Below are positions 1-10,864 of a stretch of DNA of 64,000 nt, one piece after another. How positions within the stretch are numbered: the stretch's first letter is position 1; each line of letters begins with the position of its first letter. The position numbers and the translations under genes are program-made. The DNA comes from Chrysomallon squamiferum (Eukaryota > Animalia > Mollusca), in assembly GCA_012295275.1 (NCBI GenBank), contig CM022667.1, forward strand, positions 21,700,001-21,764,000, read 5' to 3'. Below the pieces are notes generated by a model that had not been told where the DNA came from, searched no databases, and saw only the letters and a program-made list of their open reading frames with translations.

Positions 1-687
1 TTTACCAGAAATTTAAAAGGAAAATATATTAGGACGGGACAAAATTTGGACATCATTTCTTTTTACCATACCTTTAATTCCAAAACTCTGCTCTCATAGA
101 AAGTAAGGTGCTTTATAAAATGTATCCTGCTGCAGTTTATCCAGTCTGTTTCAGAATACCACATAGCCATCCCACCAGGAAATTACTGTTTGTGACTTTA
201 ATTATTGTTTTTAAAAATTAAGTATGAGCCAGGACATTACAAACCAGGATGTGAAAATTTGTTCAGTGTGTTTAAACAGTTGAATATTCTTTTTCTGTAC
301 AAGACATTTTTACTAGGTTAATATATCTACCATACTTATCCATAATTAATTGTTTAATAATAAAAAATAAGGATAAAATATATGTAAAATCATTTTTTTG
401 TCATCATTAATGAACAAGTTATTTTATCCCCATTCTTTAACTGACAGGCTTTAACCATAAAACAGAAGTAAATTGTTAATAAAAACATATTTTTATATGC
501 ATAATCATGATAATGGTGTTAACTTTCATTATCAATAGATAATTAGTTTAGTAGATCATTTTAAAATTTGCATACCCATGGACCAGATACCATGGAATGG
601 CCCTGCACGGTACTGACTCTTATGTCTGATTTTAAAACTACCTTTCTAAAATAAATACATCAAAATAAATAATTTTGTAACACGCAC

Positions 688-991
688 CTTGTAAGGCAAA
701 AAGATGAACAGGCAAAGAATGAGCGAAAGCCCTTGCCAAAGGTACGTCATCAGGTGTACTTGAATCTGAATCTGGTGTATTATTCCTGTGTGCCCCACCA
801 TTAGCTGTGGGTATCCCTAAAGTTGGGGAGTGTGTGGTTTGAAAATTGCCCAAACTACGGGCACGCGCCCTCGAACTCGATGCCTCTGCTCTTGCCATAG
901 CAAGTCCAGGATTTCCTGTGCTTGGCCCTGGACTACTACTTGAGTAAGTTCTCATTCGAGGGGGATTGTTTGAACTCAGTTTGAGTCCCAT
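688..991 (-). CDS. ZNRF2: First coding exon of a ZNRF1/ZNRF2-family E3 ubiquitin ligase (zinc finger and RING exons presumably left of the window)
   Basis: MGLKLS fits the MGxxxS myristoylation consensus. RMRTYS, RARSLG and SLPVHLF parallel RTRAYS, RSRSLG and SLPAHL of vertebrate ZNRF2. The frame ends ...FALQ-G|GTGCGT, a phase-1 donor just before the expected GxKCPxC. It is probably co-orthologous to ZNRF1 and ZNRF2. Confidence 0.88.
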
Positions 992-1267
992 TGTACATAT
1001 ATAATCAAACTACTCGCAATTTTTAACTGCCATCTCCGCTTATTTTACGGTAACTGTAACCGAAAAAGAATCAAAATGTAAACAAAGCAAACAACAACAA
1101 TTCATTTTCATCTTCCGCCATTTTCTTTTCTTGTTTGCGTAGGGAAACCAACACAAATCAAATATGAATACTATACAGCAGACACATTTTCGAACTTATT
1201 TCTTCGACTGAGAAGTATTAAGAAAAACACTGATATCGATTTAAACACAATATTCTATTGAAAGTTG

Positions 1268-1325
<58 letters not shown>

Positions 1326-1964
1326 CTGATACAATATAAATAAATTAATTAATATGACAAAAGGCATGATTAATAAATGAACTTTTGTAACTTTTATAAT
1401 ACTTATTTTTGAAACATAATCTTGGTACTTTAAAAAAGAAACACAAAAAATTAAAAAAACAAAACAAAACAGAAACAGAAACAACAATAACATCTGTTAT
1501 TTAATCCGTACTTCCTGGTTTTAAGAAATTCCACAAAAGAAAGAAATATTCGATTGGATCCTTCTTTAATCCATATAATATGTTTGGTTTATAGTACGAT
1601 TTTCATGTCTTACGGACCACTAGCAGACATGTGATCAAAATAAAGTCATTGTGGCTGTATCGGACGATAAAGATTTTATTTTCTAAAATGGAAAAATAAT
1701 TAAATATAGATCAGAAAATAAAAATAAAATCGCAAGTATATTTAATATTAATATTAATGTTGTTATTACTGCTTGCAGATTATGCAGACATGTAAATTTA
1801 AAAATATTATATTATGGAATGGTTTAATGCCAGCGAACGTGTCACATGATAAAAAACATGGTGGAAACTATTATTGTTAAAAAGTATCATGGGTTTCACC
1901 ACAGAATAGTGCAGTTCTTAAAGATAATTTGTTACTTGTAAATCATTACTAGAAGAATTTAGGT
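992..1964. promoter_or_regulatory. Bidirectional promoter and 5'UTRs between ZNRF (-) and SLC38A7 (+)
   Basis: The divergent ATGs have 973 bp between them. YY1/ETS-like CTTCCGCCATTTT at 1112-1124; M-box/CLEAR-like GTCACATGAT at 1841-1850; CATGTGAT near 1628. Confidence 0.65.
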
Positions 1965-2094
1965 ATGTCTATACAATCGCAAGACGATGACAAATCTACC
2001 GGTAGTGAAGCTGAAATTACTACCGAAAATGATGAACAAATTCAGATTTTGACTGGAACTGGAAGGCTCAGGATTGTTAATAAATATTATAAAG
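1965..2094 (+). CDS. SLC38A7: SLC38A7/SNAT7-like transporter, coding exon 1
   Basis: MSIQSQDDDKSTGSEAEITTENDEQIQILTGTGRLRIVNKYYK-G|GTAAAT. The phase-1 end joins exon 2 in frame. Acidic dileucine-like EQIQIL is present. Confidence 0.8.
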
Positions 2095-2267
2095 GTAAAT
2101 TTATTTAAATAAATTTTCAGTTAACATGAATCTTCACATTTCACAGTGACGACTTGTTTGTTTGTGGCTAATAATAATAATAATAAATTACTTTGTGTAC
2201 AGTTAATGTTAACAAGAAAATATAATTGTTATTTATCATTTGTCATTATTATTATTAAATTTGTCAG

Positions 2268-2389
2268 GTTCATCATGGTTTTCCTCAGCCTTCCTGGTTG
2301 TAAATGCAGCTCTTGGTGCAGGACTTCTTAATTTTCCCGCAGCCTATGATCTTGCCGGTGGTGTTGTTGTTGCAGTCACCATTCAGACT
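2268..2389 (+). CDS. SLC38A7: SLC38A7 exon 2
   Basis: TTTGTCAG| GSSWFSSAFLVVNAALGAGLLNFPAAYDLAGGVVVAVTIQT |GTGAGT. Matches the SNAT7 TM1 motif VVNAxLGAGLLNFPAA. Confidence 0.96.
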
Positions 2390-2568
2390 GTGAGTCTTGA
2401 AAATAACATTTAGAATACTGATATTAATACTTAGTTATACTTTGGTGTATTTGCATATTAACCCACACTGGAAATAACTAGATTCTAGAATTTTATTACT
2501 GGGCCAGATAATATTTGAATAGTTTTAACCAAACAAAATATTTATTTATTTGTTTTATAAAGAACCTT

Positions 2569-2610
<42 letters not shown>

Positions 2611-2693
2611 CATTACACAACTGTGTCTATACTTAAACCAGTGAATGAATTATATAAAATTGCTATCAGAAATGTACACAATTTCTCTTTCAG

Positions 2694-2892
2694 GTTTTTC
2701 TTGTGTTTATTGTTGCAGCCATTATGATTCTGGCTTATTGTTCTGACATCAAGCAGTCTGCAACATATCAAGATGTTGTATATTCTGTGTGTGGCAAGCT
2801 AGCGCAGACTGCCAGCGCAGTGACTTTGTTGATCTACTGCTACGGAACATGTATCACTTTCCTCATCATCATTGGTGATCAGTGGGAAGAAT
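2694..2892 (+). CDS. SLC38A7: SLC38A7 exon 3
   Basis: TTTCAG| VFLVFIVAAIMILAYCSD...TYQDVVYSVCGK...GTCITFLIIIGDQWEE |GTCAGT. SNAT7 motifs ILAYCS, TYQxVV and FLIIIGDQ are present. Confidence 0.96.
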
Positions 2893-3289
2893 GTCAGTTA
2901 TTGTTTCTTACTGTTTAAATATTTTTAGATAAACTGTTTTTGAAAACAAGAAAAGAAAAGGAACATGTTCTTTAAACTGAGTTAATGTTAACTTCTGGAA
3001 AGCTGAATTGTTATTTTTATTCTTTATTATTCTTTCAACTTTATTACCATTACTTTTTATCTCTGTGAAATTTTGTGATTCTTAGATCTGGAATCTGATC
3101 TAGACAACTGCTTACAACATATTTCACTGCACAAATGATTAGTTACTTTTGTTGTTATTGTTAAATTATTTGAACCAGGAATTAGTTAATCAAATTAAAA
3201 ATTATGTGCAAAGAACTGTATTTGTGTACATTTATGCTATATTTTTCACTTTTCCTGTTAATTGAAATTTACATTTTTTTGTTTTGCAG

Positions 3290-3431
3290 TTTTCCTATTT
3301 GTTAATAAGAAGACATTTTGTATAGATCATCCATTCTACATGAACCGAGCTTTCACTATAGTTGTATCTTCCTTAGTTCTCATTCTTCCAATGTGCTTCC
3401 CAAAGAGAATAGACTTCTTAAAATATGCAAG
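3290..3431 (+). CDS. SLC38A7: SLC38A7 exon 4
   Basis: TTTGCAG| FFLFVNKKTFCIDHPFYMNRAFTIVVSSLVLILPMCFPKRIDFLKYAS |GTAAAG; phases consistent with neighbours. Confidence 0.94.
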
Positions 3432-4481
3432 GTAAAGTGTGTCAGTATGCTCAGAACTTAGTTATCAAATATCTTAATATATTACTATGTTTATTCATAT
3501 GGTTCTTATATTCATAATAGGTTGAGTATTTATTGTTATTCTGTGAACTTCTTATGAATGCTGTGTACTTCGTATTTTTCCAAAGCACTTTTTTTTATCA
3601 GTTACAGTGTGAGTGTGTGTGTGTGTGTACACATAGATATGTATATGCACACATGTTTATAATATAATGTATATATACACACATTTATGTGATATAAAAA
3701 CTATTTATATTTGTTCAGCTCAGTTTTTAAATTTTAGAGTTTCTAAATATATTTACACTAAATAACAGATTTTGAAATTTTTGCCTGCATTTATATCATA
3801 ACAGGGAACTTAGTATTAGACAAAATATAAGATTTTGAAGAAATTTTGTTCTGGTCTTTGTTTGACAAGTTTTGTTAGATAAATTATAATAAAGAAACAA
3901 ACTGTTCCTTTATATACACAAACAAACTGTTAGTTTAAATACTAATTAAAAAACTAATTAATAATAAAAATATAATAATAAAAAAAGCTAAATATTATTT
4001 GAAAATAGTTTATTTAACTTCCAGTAAATGAATGTTTTTAAAGAATATGCAAATCATTTGATTCGTTGTATTATCTAAAGTGGTCTAGTAAACAGATTCA
4101 GTGATCTCCCCAGCATTTGTGAAAGGGATGGAGGGAATCAGGGTAACTGATGCAAGTTAAATGAAGGGAGGGTACAGAAAATGTTCAGATTACATGTTTG
4201 TCAAAAATACTCCTATAAATAATTAACTAGTTTATTTCACTAGCAATTAAATAAAATCAAAGTGTCTGTTTACTTTATTATACTAAAAGACAGCCAGTCT
4301 AAATAAACTAAGATATTGCTGCTGTTGTGAACTCAGTGTAAGCTGAAAGTGATGGTGGCCACCATGTCTTACAACCCGAGACCTCCGAGATTAGTCTTTA
4401 ACTGGAATGAGTATTATAACAAACTAAATATTTTAAGTTAGTATTATAGTTTAACATTTCTTTTTTTTTGTTATGTTTCAG

Positions 4482-4574
4482 TTTTGTAGGAGTTGTAGGA
4501 ATTCTGTATGTTGTGTTGCTGGTGACAGTGAAATATTTTAGTCCTCATCCTGAACCCAAGCTTATCAAAACCAA
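4482..4574 (+). CDS. SLC38A7: SLC38A7 exon 5
   Basis: TTTCAG| FVGVVGILYVVLLVTVKYFSPHPEPKLIKTK |GTAAAC; phase 2 at both ends. Confidence 0.9.
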
Positions 4575-4822
4575 GTAAACAATAATTGTTTTGTTACACA
4601 GTTTTCTGTGTGTGAAAGAACGATCATAAGAAAAATGTTGTATTTTAAGCTTACCAAAAAGTAAATAATAATTATTATGTCACTCTGTGTATGAAAGAAT
4701 AACTGTAACTAGAATAGTTTATTTTAAGCTTATCAAAACAAACTAAACAATAATTATTATGTTACACAGTTTTCTCTGCGTGAAAGAACAATTGTAACTT
4801 TAATTTTGTATTTTAAAGCTTC
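4558..4822 (+). repeat. Degenerate tandem triplication (~80-90 bp unit) that copies the exon 5 end and donor into intron 5
   Basis: AAGCTTATCAAAACCAAGTAAACAATAATT at 4558 recurs with changes at ~4647 and ~4726; AAGCTT again at ~4817. Confidence 0.75.
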
Positions 4823-4960
4823 TCCACTATGATATTTCTCTCTGTTTATAGTTATACCCAGAAATAAATATTAATCATAGTCATTCTTAAAAAAATCATT
4901 TCAAAATGTATTTAAATTAAAATAATATATAATCATAATTTTGAAAAATGCTTTGCTCAG

Positions 4961-5100
4961 TATTTTTATATCACAAATTATAAATTATTTTCTAATATAC
5001 TGGTGATAATAAGACCATATTTATATAACTAATTATATGTATTTTTGTATCACAAATTATAAATTATTTTCTAATGTACTGATGATAATAAGACATATTT
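4961..5100 (+). repeat. Two-copy ~79 bp tandem duplication in intron 5
   Basis: TATTTTTRTATCACAAATTATAAATTATTTTCTAATRTACTGRTGATAATAAGAC occurs twice. Confidence 0.85.
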
Positions 5101-5119
5101 TTCTCATCTTGTTTTGCAG

Positions 5120-5177
5120 ACCTGATACCTGGATGGATGTATTTCTTGTGATACCTGCAATTTGTTTTGCATACCAG
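5120..5177 (+). CDS. SLC38A7: SLC38A7 exon 6
   Basis: TTTGCAG| PDTWMDVFLVIPAICFAYQ |GTTAGT; the PxICFxxQCH motif spans exons 6-7. Confidence 0.94.
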
Positions 5178-5514
5178 GTTAGTTGTCTTCTCCTGAACTG
5201 TCCAGTTATCTGAGAAAAGACTTATGTATGAACATTATTTAATTGTGCTTGGCATTTATTTGACTATATTAAATCAGTGTTCAGAAATTATTACCATTCA
5301 GAGGTTGAAATGTATCTACAATAAAAACAATTGAAGTGCGAAATAATTAAGATGTCTTTTTTAATATAACCAAAATTTGTTACCAATAATAAATATTAAT
5401 CAAAATTTTTATAAATGTTTCTGAAGATATTGTTTTTAAAATAAACAAACACATATTTTATCTAATTTACTTGATACCACACTCTAACATATTTTTATTT
5501 AATATGCTTAACAG

Positions 5515-5774
5515 TGTCATGTTAGTATCATTCCAATTTACTCGTGCATGGAGAAGAGAAACCTCAAAGAGTTCTCTAAAACTGTTGCCTTGGCAATGGT
5601 TCTCTGTGTGTTCAGCTACACAGGAACTGCAGCTCTAGGCTACCTCCAGTTTGGTCATGCTATAGCCAGTGATATCCTGCTATCATTTGATCCTGATCCT
5701 GAAGTTCTAGTAGCTGTGGTGTTAATAGCTATAAAGACATACACAACATACCCCATACTGCTATTCTGTGGAAG
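5515..5774 (+). CDS. SLC38A7: SLC38A7 exon 7
   Basis: AACAG| CHVSIIPIYSCMEKR...GYLQFG...DILLSF...TTYPILLFCGR |GTGAGT. Confidence 0.96.
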
Positions 5775-6147
5775 GTGAGTTTATCTAAAAATTTTCTCAG
5801 GCTCATAGCTAATAAATCATTTGTTTAGTTCATTTTTGCTCTTGAATTCTATCGACACAAATTAAAAATTGTACTTATTAATACATACAGATAAATTGGA
5901 ATTCTTATAGTGGTTTATACACACTAATCTTTCTTTTTAATATGATAAATGTATGTTTTTAACACCATGTTAATTAATGAAATATATGAATTACTGAACT
6001 TTTTTCTTTCTTTCCTATTTTGCCAATATTAAAGTAAAATAATGAATGTGATTGGAGACAGTGATTTTCCTTCTTTTTGTTGTTTTTATTTCATCCAAAG
6101 AAGTGTACATGTAATCAGTAGATTGACATGTTACAACTCTGTGATCA

Positions 6148-7790
6148 CTGTCTGTGACTGTCTATCTGTATCTGTATAATCTATCTGGGTCTGTTTCTGT
6201 CTGTGTCTGTCTATATCTATATATGTTTGTGTCTGTATTGTCTGTGTCTATCTGTCTGTCTGTGTCTATCTGTATATCTATCTGTGTATGTACATCTATC
6301 TGTTTCTGTCTATATCTGTCTGTGTCTGTTTATTTGTATCTGTATATCTATCTGTATTTGTATGTATCCGTCTATCAGTATCTGTATATCTATCTGTGTC
6401 TGTCTATATGTATCTGTATATCTATCTGTGTCTGTCTATATGTATCTGTATATCTATCTGTGTCTGTCTATATGTATCTGTATATCTATCTGTGTCTGTG
6501 TCTCTCTATTTGTATCTGTATATCTATCTGTATTTGTATGTGTCTGTCTATCTGTATCTGTATATCTGTCTGTGTCTGTCTATATGTATCTGAATATCTG
6601 TCTCTGTCTGTCTATATGTATCTGTATGTCTGTCTGTGTCTGTCTATATGTATCTATATATCTGTCTGTGTCTGTCTATATGTATCTGTATATCTATCTG
6701 TCTGTGTCTGTGTCTGTCTCTATGTATCTATCTGTATACAGGGTGTTCCAAAAGTAACCGAACTGCAAACTTAAATAAAATTAGATATTAAAAACAACAA
6801 ATTAAATCTGAATGTTTAGTATTTACAAATGTTCAAAATGTCTACCTTGAACTTCAATATAATTACAATACCTTTTGACAACACTGCGACATACTTTTTG
6901 GCAAGTTTCCACTGAAATTTGGTTCCATTCATGCTGAATACTTTGTTTCAGTTGATCAATGGTCCTAGACTGTGTTTTTTAGAACTCCACATAGAAAGAA
7001 ATAACGAAGATACATTCATTTAAATCTAAAGTTCTTCACTGCATTTTTAAGAGTGAGACCATTTCAAGTCAAACCATGGAGAGTCCAGTAGTGCGCACTA
7101 AAACATATATATATATCTGTGTTTATATATCTGTCTATCTGTCTGTCTGTCTATATGTACCTGTATATATATCTGTGTGTCTATCTGTCTGTGACTGTCT
7201 ATAGGTATTTGCATATCTATCTGTGTCTTTCTGTCTGTGCCTGTCTATATGTATCTGTATATATATGTGTCTATCTGTCTGTGACTGTCTATAGGTATTT
7301 GCATATCTATCTGTGTCTTTCTGTCTGTGCCTGTCTATATGTATCTGTATATATATGTGTCTATCTGTCTGTGCCTGTCTATATGTACCTGTATATATAT
7401 ATATCTGTGTGTCTATCAGTTTGTGCCTGTCTCTATGTATCTGTATATATATGTGTCGATCTGTCTGTGACTGTCTCTATGTATCTGTATATATATGTGT
7501 CGATCTGTCTGTGACTGTCTATAGGTATTTGCATATCTATCTGTGTCTTTCTGTCTGTGCCTGTCTATATGTATCTGTATATATATGTGTCTATCTGTCT
7601 GTGCCTGTCTATATGTATCTGTATATCTATCAGTGTCTGTATCTGACTGTGTCTGTGTATTTTTATATCTGTCTGTCTGTGTATTTGTATATATATCTGT
7701 GTCTGTATATCTGTGTCTGCATCTGTCTGTGTCTATCTGTTTTTTTTATATTTCTGTATCTGCATATCTCTCTGTGTCTGTTTCCAGTGT
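6148..7790 (+). repeat. Low-complexity TC/TG/TA minisatellite filling SLC38A7 intron 7, interrupted by a mariner relic
   Basis: Reiterated TATCTATCTGTGTCTGTCTATATG-like units; source of the spurious Y/C/V/L/S-rich ORFs. Confidence 0.92.
6738..7005 (-). mobile_element. Internally deleted Tc1/mariner-superfamily transposon: one TIR plus transposase C-terminus
   Basis: TA|CAGGGTGTTCC terminus at 6738. Minus strand 6966-6823 reads RTIDQLKQSIQHEWNQISVETCQKVCRSVVKRYCNYIEVQGRHFEHL*. It is preceded out of frame by YFFLCGVLKNT, resembling DFFLWGxLK. Confidence 0.85.
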
Positions 7791-7806
7791 TGTTTGTTTA
7801 TTTTAG

Positions 7807-8006
7807 GGCAGCTTTTGATTCAGTGTATATAACTGTGAGAAAGATGCCCAGTGACACAGCTGTGAGAACTGAACGTCCACGGCGTGTTGTCACCACTGTC
7901 ATCTGGTTCAGCAGCACACTGGTGCTAGCAGTTTTCATTCCAAACATCGGCGTGGTCATTCAGGTGTTAGGAGCCTTTGCAGCAATATTTATTTTTATTT
8001 ATCCAG
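7807..8006 (+). CDS. SLC38A7: SLC38A7 exon 8
   Basis: TTTTAG| AAFDSVY...ERPRRVVTTVIWFSSTLVLAVFIPNIGVVIQVLGAFAAIFIFIYP-G |GTATGT. Confidence 0.95.
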
Positions 8007-8419
8007 GTATGTTCTTACAGATGTAGTTTTTATTTATTGATTTATTATTTTGTTATTTTTATTTATTTCTCATTTAGTTCAGTAATTTAAGAACTGACAT
8101 GTATTATTACAGATGGCGGGCAACACTGAATTTCAATAAATTTCAACATAAATTTTATATTGTTATATAAAAGTTTCAAGTACATATATAAAAACATGTA
8201 TATTCTCTTTTTTTTTTTTTTTACAAAATAAATTAATATATTTACTTTGAAAAATCTAGTATAATTTGGTGTTTTTCATTTTACAGATAGCCCCAGTGTT
8301 ATAAATAAATTAGCAAAATTATTAGCTTAATAACAAATAAGTCACACACACACACACACACACACACATCTGTACATTCATACAGACACATTTTATTGAA
8401 GTTTTCTGTTTGTTTTCAG

Positions 8420-8619
8420 GGATGTGTTTATTAAAGATTACACTTGACAGACTGGATGTTCAGTACTCTAGAACACTGAAAAGTCTCTCTGTCTTTGCTC
8501 TCACATTTATTGTGTTGGGTGCTTTTATCTTTGGTCTCACTTTGAGCCAGGCACTGATGCAGGACATAGAGAATGGTGGGGCAAAGCCTGACAGGTCCAA
8601 CTACACATGCAACAGTTAA
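8420..8619 (+). CDS. SLC38A7: SLC38A7 exon 9 (terminal)
   Basis: TTTTCAG| GMCLLKITL...FIVLGAFIFGLTLSQALMQD...YTCNS*. Spliced CDS is 1404 nt, giving 467 aa. First AATAAA at 8745. Confidence 0.94.
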
Positions 8620-9782
8620 TATAATCAGAAACATTGACATGTTTTCTTTTTCAGTTACAGGTTTGTGTGGGAGAGAGAGAAAGGGAGAGGGAGAAGGAGA
8701 GGGAGGTGTGTGTGCCCTCTCTCTTTCCAGCTCTTATGTTGTCTAATAAAGCAAATTTTAAATAGAATATGACACGTCTCTCCTCACTGACAGACTTATT
8801 TTTGTATTTATTGTTGCACGTATTATGCATCTTTTCACGTATATTTGTGAGTGTGCATTCAGTTTGTGTGTTCAAATATATATGTGTGCTGTTATTATTT
8901 TTGTTCACAAATGTGTGTGTCTGAGAGAGACTGATTTTGAATATAAAATATTTTATATTACTATACATTTTTGAAATTAATGTCGTATTGTACATTATTT
9001 TTTTAAATATTATTCATAATGATGTAATATAAATATTAATTTAATGATATCTGTGATATTTTTTTATTAATTTTCAGATTTTAAAATCTTTTATAAACTT
9101 TAATGTTAAGAATATAGAATGATCAATAAAGAATGATCAAAACATTAAGATAAAGAGCATTTGTGATTTGTCACTAGGATGACAAGTGTTGTAAGAGCTG
9201 CACTGCAGTCGTTTTTCTCAGCCTTTCACAGTTGTGCACACATTGCTGCATGTCCTGTTACCCATACAAAGAAAGCACTGGTACAGTTTTGAAGATTTCC
9301 TTTCTCTGCTAAATGTCATGTGATCTAACACTCCATTACTTTTATGAAGCAATGACTAATTCTGGTTTAACAACATTATTAAATTATTACAAATTGTGAA
9401 AAATAAAACTGAGAATTCTACAAGAAATTTATTTTTAATGAAATTCAAATTACAGAGAGATTACATTCCACAAAAATTGTAAATTTTTTGTCTTAAGATT
9501 ATTTGCCTTATAAAAACTGATTATTCTTATTCTTCTTATTATTATTTCTTTTCTTTTTTCAGTGTTTTATTATTTTGTTTGAAATGCATCTTCCAAATTT
9601 TGTTGTTCTTTATGCATATTTATTTAATATATTTTGATCATGTAATAAGTTTCAGTTATTATTATTTTTTAAATCATACTTGTCCACAATTAATAAATTA
9701 AAATATTTTTACCTGTGAAGGGTTAGAAAAGAAGAGTTAGTGTTTTGACAATATTAATTTAACTACTGAAAGGACTTAACAT

Positions 9783-9838
9783 GGAGATTTGATCCCAGAA
9801 ACTTCGAGTTAATGAGATTAACGACGACACTAGCTTGT
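9783..9838 (-). pseudogene. Possible degenerate tRNA-Met-like or SINE-head relic
   Basis: Minus strand CGTTAATCTCATTAACTCGAAGTTTCTGGGATCAAATCTC resembles an anticodon arm (CTCAT) plus B-box. No intact cloverleaf. Confidence 0.25.
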
Positions 9839-9905
9839 TAAAAGTAATCTTTAAGTGTATTTCCTCGTTTAAACTATAAATATATATTATGTAAGATCTT
9901 TCCAA

Positions 9906-9956
<51 letters not shown>

Positions 9957-10069
9957 TTATTTTAATAACGCAGTAAAGCGGTTTTTTTATTGCGTTATTA
10001 ATAAGTGAAAAAAGTCGTGACAGGATGAGTAATGGAGAAATACTATCAAAATGTATTTTCATTGTATTA

Positions 10070-10281
10070 CAGGTTGAGTATTCTTTATCGGAAATTCCGA
10101 ACTCCGAAACAATTTTTCCACAGACCTAGTGATATGTTATGAACAAATTCATAATCTATAAGACTATTTATCTATGTATAAAACAACCTGCAGCTATATG
10201 TGAAATATAAAGGGTTTTTATGTTTAGACTTCTTATAATCCAAAACATATCTCACACTGAACGGTTTCTGATAAAGGATTG
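10070..10281. mobile_element. pogo/Tigger-type MITE
   Basis: Left end TA|CAGGTTGAGTATTCTTTATCGGAAA resembles a Tigger4/MER46 TIR. The right end TTTCTGATAAAGGATTG|TA is a degraded inverted copy. Confidence 0.6.
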
Positions 10282-10402
10282 TATTAATGTTAGTCTAGAT
10301 AGTCTTAACAGTTGTTAGAATTAATTACTCGTTAGGTTATTTTTATATTTTTAGAATACTGGGAAAACGTAACTATCATTATTCCTTTTCTTTCTTTTTT
10401 TA

Positions 10403-10435
<33 letters not shown>

Positions 10436-10762
10436 TTATTTTTTTTTTTTTTTTTTTTTTTTAGATTTTCCTTACTTTCCTCACTGAAACAATGTTACCA
10501 TAATTTAGTTATTATTTCATATAAAAAATTTGTGTGTAATTATGGATTTATGTAAATGTTTTTAATTAGGAAAACATATTTTTATCTTTATCTATTCACA
10601 ATGATCACGTGCAGTAATATTTATATTAATTTACAGATATATTATTTGTTAACACTCAAACTGATAGTGATAATAAATATAATATGAAAATAGTTATTTG
10701 TTTATTTACGATCTCGAAATAAATCTTTGAAACGTAAAATATTTATTGTAATAATTTTTTTA

Positions 10763-10864
10763 TGGCTGTTTTCATGGCTAAGATTGACTGGCTGTTTTCA
10801 TGGCTAAGATTGACTGGCTGTTTTCATGGCTAAGATTGACTGGCTGCTTTCATGGCTAAGATTT
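10763..10864 (+). repeat. 26-bp minisatellite, ~4 copies
   Basis: TGGCTGTTTTCATGGCTAAGATTGAC at 10763, 10789 and 10815, with a variant partial copy at 10841. Confidence 0.95.

Noticed and set aside
6154-7806. Long ORFs of 87-237 aa in SLC38A7 intron 7
   Set aside because: Translations of stop-poor simple repeats; only 7807-8006 is a real exon.
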